Of a stretch of DNA of 64,000 nt, positions 45,958 to 58,224 are shown piece after piece. The notes beneath the pieces are model-generated. The model was not told the origin of the DNA. It saw only the letters and a program-made list of their open reading frames with translations, and did no database searches. The first letter of the stretch is position 1; every line of letters begins with the position of its first letter. The stretch covers positions 22,981-86,980 of the forward strand of contig CALNYL010000013.1 of NCBI GenBank assembly GCA_942490775.1. Reading direction: 5' to 3'. This DNA is from an uncultured bacterium (GTDB lineage Bacteria; Patescibacteriota; Gracilibacteria; BD1-5; UBA6164). Both the position numbers and the translations under genes were made by a program.

Positions 45958-46803
45958 CTACCTCACAAACCTAACCCCATAAAAACAACTACCACTATCC
46001 AGAAGCTTATCACTATACCTAATATCTCAAATCAAATTCCCCTCCTCAAATAAAAATCATTTATGCATCTTAGGACAAATATCTTGATACTCAGATGCTT
46101 TTATTTTTTCTATTTTAAAGATATTTCCAGAAAAAACATTTACATACTCTATATTATAAAAACCACCCCTCTTTTCTATAACCTTATATCTATTCAAATA
46201 CAAAAAATCAGAACCAGTTTTTATGTAGGGAACAGCGATATAGTCTTCTAAAAAACTAATCTTTCCAGCATAATATCACTCTAAAAATCTGAAAAAGATT
46301 ATAAAACAAAACAAAAAACTTAAAAATACCACTTTCATCTTACTAAAAACAAACTTAGTCTTATTCTCTAGAAAAATAAATAAAACAACCACAGCAAAAA
46401 CTCAAAATAAAAAGAAATCAAAAACATACATATACAAATTAAGAGAATAATACTTATCAGAAAAAGGATAAAGTATAGGAATCCCCCAAACAGCTATGTA
46501 GTCAAGAAAAATATGAGCCAAAATTCAAGATAAACTAATCAAGTATATCTTCCTGAAAGTTATATTTTTATTTTTCTTATTAAAAAAATAAAAAACAAAA
46601 CTTAAAACAAAAGCAAAGATAGGGGATAGTAGTAAACTATGAGTCAAAACTCTATGCAAATTTATATTATTCCAACTCCAAATTATATCTATATCAGGAG
46701 ATACTGCAGAAAATAAAAAAATTATCAGAAAAAATCTAGTTTTCTTATCTGAAAATATTCTCTTAAGTAAATAACCAGATGTCAATTGAGTAAAAATATC
46801 CAT
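45958..46803 (-). CDS. Membrane-bound metal-dependent hydrolase, YdjM/DUF457-like (281 aa)
   Basis: All codons checked. N-terminal TM segments with DIDIIWSW ... HRVLTHSLL and AHIFLDY motifs typical of the family. Confidence 0.7.
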
Positions 46804-46874
46804 TTTATTGTATTTATTGAAAATATATAATTTATCTGCTAGTATTGTAACAATATTATTTTATAAAAAAAATT

Positions 46875-47780
46875 ATGAAAGAAAAGAATATTAAAGTATA
46901 TTTTTTTAGAATATTAGATTTATTTCTTATAACAATATTATTTTTTTGTTTAATTATTGTACTATTTTTATTTTATTTTAATTATTGTGAAGTTAATTCT
47001 CTAGAATTAAAATATTTTGTTATATCAATAATATTATTTTTGATTGTTAATATTTTTTTTCATATAAAATCTTTTATTTTGCTAAAAGAAAATTATAAAA
47101 AATGAATTAAACTATCTATAATATCAAAAACTATATCTTTTATAATATTATTAATATTAATTGCTTTTTTTTATAATTTTTATACTCCCCCTATATGATT
47201 TGGTTCATCAAATGAAACATTAAGAAAACCAGTAATCTACCTCTATCCCCAAAAAGAAACAAATATCAAAGTTCAACTTAACTACAAATGAAAACTAATA
47301 GCAGACTATCCAAAATACGATGAAAAAATAAACTGATGGGAAGTAAAAGCATATCCAGACGGAACACTTATAAACAAAGCAGATAACAAAGAATACAGTT
47401 ACCTATTTTGGGAATGAAAACCAAGCAAACCAATAAACTGGGATTTATCAAAATGATTTGTAATACCATGAGAAAACACAAGAGAATTTTTACAAGAAAC
47501 ATTATCAAAAATGTGACTAACCCCAAAAGAATACAATGAATTCATAGTATACTGGTATCCACTGATGAAAGATAACAAATATAACCTAATCCACTTTGCA
47601 GAAGAACAATATACAAATGAAGCACCACTAAAAATAATCCCAAAACCAGACTCAACCTTAAGAGTATTTATGGTATTTAAATGATTAGATAAAAAAAAAG
47701 AAATAGAAAAACAAGAATTAAAAAGTTTTGAAAGAAAATGATTTAGTGTGGTTGAATGGTGAGGAACTGAAATTAAGTAG
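46875..47780 (+). CDS. Membrane protein with a conserved ~190-aa C-terminal domain, tandem copy 1 (301 aa)
   Basis: N-terminal TM segments, then PVIYLYPQKETNIKVQLNYKGKLIADYP ... YSYLFWEGKP ... IVYWYPLMKDNKYNLIHF ... VVEWGGTEIK. Confidence 0.7.
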
Positions 47781-47805
47781 TTATTTATATTTTAATAAAA
47801 GTTTT

Positions 47806-48897
47806 ATGAATATTAAAGTTAAGCCCCCTATGGTTATAAATATTTTAAGAATATTAGATTTTATAATTATTATATTTTTTATTATTCTTTTATTTATATT
47901 TATCGTATCTTCAATTCAAATATGGGAAAACTCAGCCTTTAAGCTAACAGGAAAGATATTTGTATATATAATAATACTATTTTTATTTATAAATATAATA
48001 TTAAATATTATTTCTTTTAACTTATTAAAAAATAATTACACTAAATGACTTAATTTATCTTTGATATCTAAGTTTTTACTTCTCTTTCCCTTATTTACTA
48101 TTTTCTTTTTTGCTACAAGCTCTTTATATTATAGTTTAATCTTATTAATTCTACCATTTATTTCAATATTATATATTATTTATTACAAAATTCACCTAAA
48201 GATAAAAAGGGAAAATCTAAAAATAAAATATAATTTTATAGGTTATATAATAAATATACTTATGAGCCTTTTGTTATTATTAGTTATTTTTTTAGGAACA
48301 TATGAGTTTTTTATTATTCAATCTTCTGATTGAATACAAGCCAAACCAGTAATCTATCTCTACCCAACTCAAACTACAGACATAAAAGTTCAACTAAACT
48401 ACAAGTGAAAACTAATAGCAGACTATCCAGAATACGATGAAAAAATAAACTGATGGGAAGTAGAAGCATATCCAGATGGTACACTTATAAACAAAGCAGA
48501 TAACAAAGAATACAGTTACCTATTTTGGGAATGAAAACCAGATGAACCAATAAACTGGGATTTATCAAAATGATTTGTAATACCATGAGAAAACACAAGA
48601 GAATTTTTACAAGAAACATTATCAAAAATGTGACTAACCCCAAAAGAATACAATGAATTTATAGTATACTGGTATCCATTAATGAAAGACAATAAATACA
48701 ACCTAATCCACTTTGCAGAAGAACAATATACAGATATTGCACCACTAGAAATAACTCCTAAACCAGATTCAGTTTTAAGAGTCTTTATGGTATTTAAATG
48801 ATTAGATGAAAAAATAGAAATAGAAAAACAAGAAATGAAAAACTTTGAAAGAAAATGATTTAGTGTGATAGAATGGGGAGGGACAGAAATTGAGTAG
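47806..48897 (+). CDS. Membrane protein with the same C-terminal domain, tandem copy 2 (363 aa)
   Basis: ATG 47806 chosen (MNIKVKPP, compare MKEKNIKV in copy 1). The TM region is longer and divergent. The C-terminal domain is nearly identical to copy 1. Confidence 0.7.
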
Positions 48898-49024
48898 TTA
48901 TTTATATTTAATATTCTCTATTCCCATACAAGTTTAATTAAAAAAAACACAATACTGAAAAATAAAAACATCATTTCCAGTGAAAAAAATACCAGAACAC
49001 TTTTTACCATTTTCCGAGACTATA

Positions 49025-49062
49025 AAAAACCTTTTCGTTTTAAAGAACAAAAAGGTTTTTTT
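49025..49062. terminator. Bidirectional terminator between the tandem-copy gene and tRNA-Cys
   Basis: An 11-bp perfect stem AAAAACCTTTT / AAAAGGTTTTT with A and T runs on either side. Confidence 0.6.
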
Positions 49063-49073
49063 GATTACTTTTT

Positions 49074-49148
49074 TGGAGGTGCCTAGCGGAATTGAACCGC
49101 TGTGAACGGTGTTGCAGACCGTCGTATAAACCACTCTACCAAGGCACC
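49074..49148 (-). tRNA. trnC: tRNA-Cys (anticodon GCA)
   Basis: Cloverleaf: acceptor GGTGCCT/AGGCACC; anticodon stem ACGGT/ACCGT with loop CTGCAAC; T arm AGCGG-TTCAATT-CCGCT; discriminator U73 (a Cys identity element); encoded CCA. Confidence 0.9.
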
Positions 49149-49171
49149 CAAAATATTAAACCAAACGACTT

Positions 49172-49218
49172 GTAGCTTCTTTCAATTCGTATAAAAAGAA
49201 AGAATTCAAGTTAGAACT
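49172..49218 (+). repeat. Hairpin repeat family copy next to tRNA-Cys
   Basis: GTAGCTTCTTTCAATTCGTATAAAAAGAAAGAATTCAAGTTAGAACT. Confidence 0.75.
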
Positions 49219-49263
49219 ATCAGAATTATATAAAAATTAATAAAAAATCAAATTTTTATTTTT

Positions 49264-49860
49264 TTATTTTTCTGTTTTTTCTTCTTTTTCTTCTTTTTCT
49301 TCTTCTAATATACATTTAAAGGTTTTCAAAATATCTTCATATCTAGAATAATCATCTATACTAGTTGATAGAGCAATAGTTAAAAGATATGAATCTTCAT
49401 CACATATATACCCTACTTGCATAAATTTTACTCTTGGAGTATTTTCATTATATTTTGCTTCAAAAACATAAAGTTTTGATTCTTCCTCATCATTAAATAT
49501 AAAATCTTTCGCTTCTAATTCATAATAACTTTCATAATCATTTCTAGCTCATAAATTTGTAAACTTAGAAAAATCCTTTGAGTTTATTTCTTCTTTTATC
49601 TTATCCTTTAGAATAAGTAGATTATTAGAAAAACCATCTTTAGGTTCTATAGAAGATGCAACTAGAGATATTTCTGCATAACTAGGTTTCGGCAACATAG
49701 TAGAATCTCAAGAATCTATAATATTCCAAGATGCAGGTATCCCTACTTCAAATTCATCTAGAGTTTTTAACACTAGTCAATTATCTGAGCCAGTATCTCA
49801 ACAAGATAATAATCAGAAAATTAAGATAAAAAATATAAAGGTTTTATTTTTTATGCTCAT
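49264..49860 (-). CDS. Lipoprotein, hypothetical (198 aa)
   Basis: MSIKNKTFIFFILIFGLLSCG (lipobox LLSC). Acidic E/K-rich C-terminal tail. Confidence 0.65.
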
Positions 49861-50186
49861 AGTTTAATTGTAAATGGTAATAAGGTTCCTATTAACGCTA
49901 AAATTATTATTAATAATAAAATAAAAAATACTATTTTATTTTTCCAGAAAAACATTTTTTTTGCCAAGAAGTATAAAACAATAAAAAATGATACAACAAA
50001 TAGTGTATATGTATAAATAAAAGTTTTTTCAAATATTTCAGAATAGAAATTTGCTATTAAAAAAAAGTAGTTTATAAAAAACAATAGAGCTGAAATGAGA
50101 AATATCATTTTAGACGATTTCAATCTAATTGTTAATAAATCCTTATTTGAAGCAGAAACTTTTTTTATTTTTTCTAATAAGACCAT
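49851..50186 (-). CDS. Hypothetical membrane protein (111 aa)
   Basis: The track ORF is extended 2 codons past TGA to TAA 49851-49853. Three hydrophobic segments. Confidence 0.5.
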
Positions 50187-50273
50187 AGTTTACTTGATTT
50201 TTTTATAAATAATTATATACTCAGCCTTTATAATAACATAAAAGTGTAAAAATATAAAATAATTTTATAAAAA

Positions 50274-50561
50274 ATGTCTACAAAAAAATCTCAAATAAAG
50301 AAAGTATCAGAGAAGCTTATAAAAATTCCTTGAAACAATGAGAAATTAATTTGAAATATAGAGGATATTTTGCATTATGTTGATTTGTTAGAGGAAGTAG
50401 ATATCACTTGAGTTCAGCCAACTATCTCTGTAGTTGAGACTTGAACTGCTATGAGAGAGGATATAGAGATAGAAAAAGAAGTTTTACCTAAAGAACTTTT
50501 AAATTGTTCAAACCAAAAGGTTGTAGCAAATCAAATAATTATACCAAACATAATGAAATAA
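50274..50561 (+). CDS. gatC: Asp/Glu-tRNA amidotransferase subunit C
   Basis: 95 aa. ILHYVDLLEEVDITGVQPT ... MREDIE pattern and size fit GatC. Confidence 0.75.
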
Positions 50562-50565
50562 TATT

Positions 50566-51612
50566 ATGTTAAAAACATTAGAATTAAGAAATTTTAGAAA
50601 TTTTTGAAATTCTGTTTTTGATTTTGATAATCATAAAAATTTAATAATCTGACCCAATTGAGAATGAAAAACTAATATACTAGAATCTATTGGTCTTTTT
50701 AGTGATAATAATATACTTGATATAAATTATGGAAATTTAGTAAAAAAATGAGAAAAGTTTTTTTATGTAAAGATAATAATGGAAAATAAAGATGAATTTT
50801 CTGTTTCTTATGATAAGGAAAATAATAAAAAGAAGTATTTTATAAATAATAAGTCTACATCAAAAAAAAACTTGGTAAATTCATTCTCAAAAACAGTTTC
50901 ATTTCATCCTATGATTATGAATATGATGTATTTATCACCATCTCTTAGGAGAGGGTTTCTGGATAGTATTTTGGCTAGTTCTTATCCTGATTATGGAAAA
51001 GAGCTTAGAGAGTATAAAAAAATTCTTATAAATAGGAACAGAACTTTAAAAAATATAAATGAGTGAAAGAGTCAGAGGAGTGAGGTGTTTTTTTGGAATG
51101 ATGTTTTTATAAAGAAGGCTTGTTCAATTTATGTTTATAGAGAGAAAATATTAAAGTATATAGAGAAAAATATACATTTATTAAAAGAGTATCTAAATGA
51201 TAAGGTAAAAGATATTTCTTTTGTTTATAAAACAAAAATAGATAGGGAAGATGCAGAAAATAGTATTAAGTGTTATATAGAAAAGAATCTTGATAGAGAT
51301 ATAATTCTACAAAAGACTTATATCTGACCTCATTTGGATGATTTTGAACTAAATCTTGATTGATTTTCTTTAATAAATTTTGCATCTAGATGAGAGGTGA
51401 AGAGTTTAATATTGTGATTAAAGTTTATAGAGGCAAAATTTATTAGTAGTATAACTGAACATAGTCCTATTTTTATAGTGGATGATATTTTAAGTGAGCT
51501 TGATGGAATGCATATAAATATTTTGCTTAAGAATTTCTGAAATAATCAGGCTGTAATAACTTCTATAAAGGATATAGATCTAGAAGGGGAGAGGATATAC
51601 TTGGGGTTGTAG
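50566..51612 (+). CDS. recF: DNA replication and repair protein RecF
   Basis: 348 aa. LELRNFRNF, Walker A IIGPNGEGKTNILE (all three Gly are TGA: 50650, 50659, 50665), ASRGEVKSLIL, IFIVDDILSELD. Confidence 0.9.
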
Positions 51613-51651
51613 AAAAAGCTGGTTTTAAATTTAAATAAGTTTTTTTCACAC

Positions 51652-51694
51652 AAAAAGGAGGAAGTAAAGTTTTAGACTTTACTTCCTCCTTTTT
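51652..51694. terminator. Bidirectional terminator (19-bp perfect stem)
   Basis: AAAAAGGAGGAAGTAAAGT-TTTAG-ACTTTACTTCCTCCTTTTT between convergent genes. Confidence 0.7.
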
Positions 51695-51718
51695 CTTGTA
51701 TTTTTTAAGAGCTTTCTT

Positions 51719-52123
51719 TTATGCGGCTTGTGCATAACTATGATCATCAGCAACATTTACAACAGTCGGTACAACATCAGGATTTTGTAATTCTTGGAAA
51801 TATTCTGCTCAAGGCTGTATTTTCTTATAAACATCAGCTTTTCCCAATAACAATGCTCTTACACCATTCTTAACTGGTTGAAGAAAATCTCATAATTTTG
51901 CTTCTTCAGGAGTCATATCTGCTATGTTTTCAGTATCTAATTTTACTTTCATTATAGGTTCTAATAAACTTAAAGCTATAGTAGTATCTTCATTAATTGT
52001 ATTTTGTACTTCTTGGAGTGTACTTGCTTGTACTTTAGAAGTTTTTGGCGAATATCAAGTCAACCTATCTGGAGAATTTATATTTAATTCGTAAACTGCT
52101 CATCAATAATTCATTGCATTCAT
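51719..52123 (-). CDS. Hypothetical protein (134 aa)
   Basis: ATG 52123 to TAA 51719-51721. No motif. Confidence 0.5.
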
Positions 52124-52177
52124 AATATTTAAAATTAAGATTTAAAAATTTTTATTTATAAAATAACTAATTTTTTT

Positions 52178-52246
52178 GTAGCTTCTTTCCCCTGAGAAGG
52201 GGAGAGAATTTAGAGAGAGGTTCCTCCCCCCTTCGCTACAGAATTT
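52178..52246 (+). repeat. Hairpin repeat family, longest (possibly full-length) copy
   Basis: GTAGCTTCTTTCCCCTGAGAAGGGGAGAGAATTTAGAGAGAGGTTCCTCCCCCCTTCGCTACAGAATTT. The terminal GTAGC...GCTAC can close the element. It overlaps the stop of the M23 gene. Confidence 0.75.
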
Positions 52247-54824
52247 ACCTCATTGTTAAAAATACCTCTTGGTTTCTATTGAGAACGGTAGCTAAGAGAT
52301 AGGCTCATTCTCATCTGGTAATTTTAATTTTAGGTCTATAATAACTATCTCAGAATCTATCCTTCCAAGTACTATTTTTATTAAATATGGCATTAGCTAT
52401 TTCGTTATCTCTATTTTCCAAATCTATATATTTTATAGAATTTTTACTTCAGGTATCTTCTATTATCAAATATTTATAAGATAGTTTTAGAAACTCTTCT
52501 CTGGATAATTCTTCAAATCTTTTTGCTTTAAAGCTTTCTAGTTCTTTTAGATTTTTATCTATCTTACTCTTTGCTGTTTTAGAATTTGTATTATCCTTCA
52601 TAACTTCTAAAGTATTTTTTATCCAATTTATTCACTCTAGTTGTGTAAGTCAGTTATCTTGAAGAAAGTATCAGTTATCTATTCAATCTACTACTCATTT
52701 TTTTAGCATTTCAATTACTTCGTCTTTGTATAAATAGTCGTTATCTAGTCACTTTGGTTTTTGTACTGTTAAGCTTCTTTTTTCTATGACTTTGTTTGTT
52801 TTTTTATCTATTAGTTCTATACTTGCATTTTGAGATTTAGCTTTGTAGTTAAATAAAAGTAATCACCCTGTTGTATCCTCATAAGTAAATTCTATTCCAT
52901 TTTTATAATCAGCACACTCTTTTGTAAAAGATTGTTCTAAGGTATCTAGGCTTCATTTTTTTATACAGATTTCTACTCAATCATTAGTTTTTAGTTTATA
53001 TTTTCACTCATATTTTATATTTAAAAGCCTTTGTCATGATGAGTCGTTAAAGGCTACAAATCATGATTTTTCCTCTGATAGAACTGTATCTCATCAGGTA
53101 AATATTTCTCAAGAACTTATTGATATTGATTCACTATCAGAGTAAGCTTTTATCTTAAAACTTTTTATTACTTCATTTCATATTTTTACTTTTAGGGTTG
53201 TATTTCAGATACTTTTTCAGGATATATCTATATCTCTTTTTCAGTCTCTGAAGTTATAGAGTTTAGTAGGAAAAATTTTTACTTTATCAAAATCTGTTTC
53301 AAAAGTCATTGCTGATGGAATATTTCATTTAAATGCTCTTCATTTTTTCTTATCTGTGACACTTAGGTTAAGCTTTATGGTTTTTCATATTTTTACATTT
53401 CATCCTATTTCCTCTAATTTTAAATCTATATTATAGTCATTTAAAAAGTCTTTTAACTCTTGGGCCTTTATTTCTTCTCTAGACATAATATTTTTTTGTG
53501 GAATATTTTGTGTTTTTACATTTGATGTTACTACTACGGTTGTATTAGTTTTCTTTTCTTCTACTTTTTTTTCTATTTTTTCTTTCTCCTTATCATTCTT
53601 TTTATATTTATTTTTTTCTATCTCTATTACTTTTGGTTCTTCTATTCTAATAATTTTTGTTGTATTTTTTTCCTCTGTATCTTCTTTTTTTACTGCTGAA
53701 ACTATTTTTATATTTTCTAAATCATTTAGTAAATATTCTCGATAATCCGATTTTGTTTGTTTTCTAGTTTTAGGACCAAACCGTCAAGCTCATACACTAT
53801 ATCTTGTTTCTATAACTCATGTTTTTACTTGATAGTCTATAAGATCTTCTACTATATCATTATAGTTTCAATTTATGTCTCAGTTGTATTCTCATAGGTC
53901 TTTAAATATTTGTTGTACCTTTTTTATATCAGTTTTGTCATATCAGATATAAACTGTTCTATCAAATATACTAAAATCGTATAAATTTTCTTCTGTTTTT
54001 TTATCTTTAGTTTCTTTTGATTCTTTAGGAGTTTCTGCAATTACATTTGGAACTTTTTCTATTTTCAAATCATTTAAAATAGCTCATTGAGTTTCTAAAA
54101 ATAGTAATGGATCTATTGTATTTTGTTTTAGTTCTCAAGAACATACAGATGTATTATTCATTTTTAGATTACTATAAGGACATGTTTCTGGATTATAGTA
54201 GAAAGGATGAAAAGGAGCTGTATCATAATCTATCTGAAAATGTAAATGATTTCAGGTAGAATTTCATGTACTTCATACTTCTCATATTTTTATTCAAGTC
54301 TTAACTTTTTGTCATTTTTTTACATCTATTTTAGATAGGTGCATATAGTTTGAAACTATTTTTTTTCAGTTTACTAAGTGTTCAATAGATACAATATTTC
54401 AGGTATATAATCATTTTTTTGCAGATATAACCGTTCATTGATATATATTATAGACTGGAGTTCATTCTGCTGTTGCTATATCTACTCAAATATGTCATCA
54501 GTTTCATACATCCCAACCATATGTATAACTTCAAGACCATAAAACTGAATATAGTCTGGTGTAGTCATTAAATCATCAATTTAGTTTTGCATATTTTTCA
54601 TAATCTTTTGTTTTTACTATAGGAAGGGGTTGTTTACAGTTTGACGACAAATTAGAAAACTTTTCAAATCTACAATCTAGCTTTGAAATTTCTTTTAGTG
54701 GGTAAACCATTTTTTCTCAAGCAGAAACATATGTATTAATAGAAATTAAAGAGAATATCAGGAAAAATAAAACCAATACTGAAACAAACTTGTTTAATTT
54801 TGTATAGTTTAATTTATTATCCAT
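52245..54824 (-). CDS. Large secreted M23 (LytM-type) metallopeptidase with a peptidoglycan-binding domain (859 aa)
   Basis: All codons checked. N-terminal TM/signal. M23 core GGHIGVDIATAEGTPVY ... YMHLSKIDVKKGQKVKTG ... GSTGNSTGNHLHFQIDYD. PG_binding_1-like FKDLGEYNGDINGNYNDIVEDLIDYQVKTGV. About 500 aa of unassigned C-terminal sequence. Confidence 0.88.
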
Positions 54825-54984
54825 TTTTAATATTTAAAAAATAATTTTATAAAAGTGCTTTTTTGTGTATAATTTTTTTGTTTTTTAAGAGATAGAATAC
54901 TTTGACTTTTAAATTATCTCATAAAAAATACCTCTTGTCAAATATTAAAAATGTTTTTTAATATATTTTCTAATAAACAATAAT

Positions 54985-55818
54985 ATGTACATATTTTCTA
55001 TAAATATTTTTTGAATCCAGATATTACCAAGTTATTATTGACTTATGTATGCCTTAGGGTTTATAGCTTGATATTATATCATCAAAAAAAGAGGAAAATT
55101 CTCAATAAACTATTTCTCAGATAAACAAAAAAAAGTTTTAGAAACAAAAAATCTTTTATCTAAAAATAAAAAACAAGTTCCTTTATTAGATAATTTACTA
55201 TTTTATATATTTCTATGAGTAATATTATGATGAAGACTATGATACACTCTTTTTTATAACTTTTATTATTATATAGAAAATCTAGGACAAATTTTTAGAA
55301 TATGGGAATGATGAATGAGTTTTCATGGAGGGGTTTTATGAGTTCTAATAGCTATGGCTTTATTTTCAAAGAGATACAAAATTAGTTTTTTAATGATAGC
55401 TGATGAGGTAACTGCAATATTACCAATATGATTAGGTCTTGGTAGAATCTGAAATTATTTAAATAAAGAACTTCTAGGTTTTCATCCGTATACTTGACCT
55501 CTTGCTACTAAAATAAATGATATTTCATATTTTCCTTCTACTTTAGTTGAGTCTCTACTTGAGGGGCTTGTTTTATTTTTCATACTAAATTGGATTTATA
55601 AGAATAAAAAATTTAACTGACAGATTTGAACTTTATTTTTAATATTTTACTCTATTTTTAGGATATTAGTAGAAATATTTTTTAGAATGCCAGATGAGCA
55701 TATAGGTTATATATTTTGATTTTTAACTATGTGAGAAATCTTAAGTTTACCAATGCTAGTGATTTGAATTTACTATTACTTAAAACTTAGGAAAACTTCT
55801 CAGAAATTACAATTATAG
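54985..55818 (+). CDS. lgt: Prolipoprotein diacylglyceryl transferase
   Basis: 277 aa. Motifs YGLMYALGFIAG, GVILGGRLGYTLFYN, IWEGGMSFHGGVLGV, GLGRIGNYLNKEL, LVESLLEGLVLF. Confidence 0.9.
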
Positions 55819-55889
55819 TAAAACAAACTTTTGACTTTTAAAAATATACTATACAATATCAGCACTTTTTAATATTTAATAAAAAAATT

Positions 55890-56690
55890 ATGAAAAAAAC
55901 AAAGATTGGTTTTATTGTAGTTTTGGCTTTTTTTGTCTGAACTACACTTACTTTCTGAGGATATGAGGAAATATCAAATAAGAAATTTTATCGCTCCGAT
56001 GAGTTTCCTGTTTTTGGTAGTGGTTATATTGAATCTGGTGATTATGAGAATTATGTAGAATGAAATTTTGAAGACTATAAGGATGAACTTGCTCTTTATA
56101 ATATAAAAGAAGAAAAATGTAAATATGTTTCTTATCTTGAAAGAAGTGAAGATGGAAAAAATATATATTTTGCTTGTTGATATGAGAGTGGAAAGATGTA
56201 TCCTGATTTAGAGGTATTCGAAAATGGTAAACTAGTAATGCAATTTCCATCTTGACCTTCAATAGCTAATATTAGTTTAGATGAAAATTGAGACTTAGAA
56301 ATAGAAGCTATAAAATCATACTTTACAGACCAATGAAGTAGAATAACTTATAAGAGAACTCCAGAGACTACGGAAGAATTACTTGCTGAATCATTATCTA
56401 TAAAAGAAGTATTGTCTAAGTGAAAATATGGTAAATATCTTAAATTATTTGATGCTTTTGTAGAAGGACTTTCTGATGAAAAATTAGATGAAATTCTTGA
56501 AAAAATAGAAAATATGTGAATAGAGAGTAAGGCTATGGTTGGTTACAGAAATATTTTTGCATTAATTGCTAATAAAATAAAATTAGAGAGGTTAGAAAGG
56601 GAGGAAAATACGGATAATGAAGGAGAAGTAATAGATGAATGAGTAGAGGTGGAAAATGAAACAGGAGAATGAGTAGAAAAAACTGAATAA
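55890..56690 (+). CDS. Secreted hypothetical protein (266 aa), acidic C-terminus
   Basis: Signal/TM MKKTKIGFIVVLAFFVG. Open with TGA=Gly to TAA 56688-56690. Confidence 0.65.
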
Positions 56691-56710
56691 TTTCTTCAAG
56701 AAATACATAA

Positions 56711-56742
56711 AAAATAAGGCAAATTAATTTGCCTTATTTTTT
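56711..56742 (+). terminator. Rho-independent terminator
   Basis: Perfect palindrome AAAATAAGGCAAATT/AATTTGCCTTATTTT ending in a T-run. Confidence 0.65.
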
Positions 56743-56842
56743 ATGTAAGAACTTAAACTATATTTTCTTTTGCTTTTTTATAGACTTTATTGATAATCTC
56801 TTTTTCTAAAATTATTTTTATAGTTTTAAAAAATAGAAAGTA

Positions 56843-56872
56843 TCAAAGGGCTAAAGTCATCTGTTGACCAAC
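56843..56872. repeat. Short hairpin motif, copy B (partner at 21361-21395)
   Basis: TCAAAGGGCTAAAGTCATCTGTTGACCAAC. It contains TTGACC about 17 nt upstream of a TATATT-like box ahead of the MFS gene. Confidence 0.55.
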
Positions 56873-56917
56873 AGTATAACATTTATATTCTACAAAACAG
56901 TTATTTTTCTTAAAAAA

Positions 56918-58126
56918 ATGAAAATCCTAAACAAAAACATAAAACTATTTTATACAATAAGCTTTTTAAATGCTTGTATTTTTACTACATCAATCTGGTC
57001 TTTTTTCTTTACAAAGTATTTAACATTTTCTTTTAAAACAGCAATGTTTATAGTTGTTTTTTCGTGAATAGTTTCGGCTATATTTGAAATCCCCTCTTGA
57101 GCTTGGGCAGATAGACTTTGAAGAAAAAAAATGTATTTTTACGGGGTATTCTTAATAATTTTATCTTATAGCTTTTGGTTATTTGCAGATACATTATATC
57201 TATTTCTGATTTCTTCTTTATTATGCTGAATATGATTTGCTATAACCTCTTGAAATATAGAGGCTTTGATTCATGATTCTTTGGAATGAAAATGAGTGGA
57301 AGCAAGATTTAAAGACATACAAGCAAATGCTCATATATTTAATTTTTCTTGAAGATTTTTTTCTTCTGTATTTGCAGGATATCTATTCATAATGAATCCT
57401 AAATTACCAATATTTGTAACCATTCTAGCTTACTCTATAGTTTTTATTATATTATTTTTCTTAAAAGAATCTAGTCAAGAACTTTCACACTCAAAAAATA
57501 CTAGAACACATATAAAGGAATGATTAGATTTTATCTTAAAAAATGATTATATATTTTACTTTATATCAATAGTTTGTTGTATTACCTCTATTTGAAATGT
57601 GTACTGGTTTACATATCAGCTTTATTTTGAACAAATCGGTTTTAGTATAGAAAATATTTGAATAGTTTTTGCAGTGATATGACTATTTTCAGCAGTTTGA
57701 GCATATATTATAAAAAGATTACAAAATATTTTATCTGAAAAACAAATTGTTTTGCTTATGTTACTTTTACTTTTTGTTTCAGAAATATTTCTTCAGTTTT
57801 TTAATGCTTATTTAGCTATATTATGAGCTATACTTATTGCAATAATGCATTGATTTATAAAAAGCTTCTGAAATAATGTTTTAATTAAAAGGTCTCCTAA
57901 AACCCATAAATCTACAATTTTATCAGTATTTTCTCTTTGAATAACCGCTTGATATTGAATTTTCTCTATAGTTTCTTGATTTATTGTAGATTGTTTTTGA
58001 CTAAAAGAATTGTATTTACTAAATATTTTACTAACTATAGCAGTAATAATGTTTAGTTTGATAAGATTAAGGAAGAAAAAAACACATAAGAAGGATACCA
58101 GCACACCTTTTTTAGGAAAATTATAG
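56918..58126 (+). CDS. MFS transporter (402 aa)
   Basis: About 12 hydrophobic segments. The loop 2-3 motif GAWADRLGRKK matches the MFS signature. Confidence 0.8.
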
Positions 58127-58224
58127 ACTATTTCTTTATTTGTTTAGAAAATATTAAAAAAATTTTACAAATAGGTATTCTATGTGATACAATAGTTAAG
58201 TATTTATAGCTTAACTATTTTTTT

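Noticed and set aside
2508-52246. The hairpin repeats as a CRISPR array or as integron attC sites.
   Set aside because: The copies are dispersed singly over 50 kb in both orientations, not in a spacer-separated array. They flank housekeeping genes (trpS, leuCD, miaB, tRNA-Cys). No cas or intI gene is present, and the RYYYAAC/GTTRRRY core sites of attC are absent.
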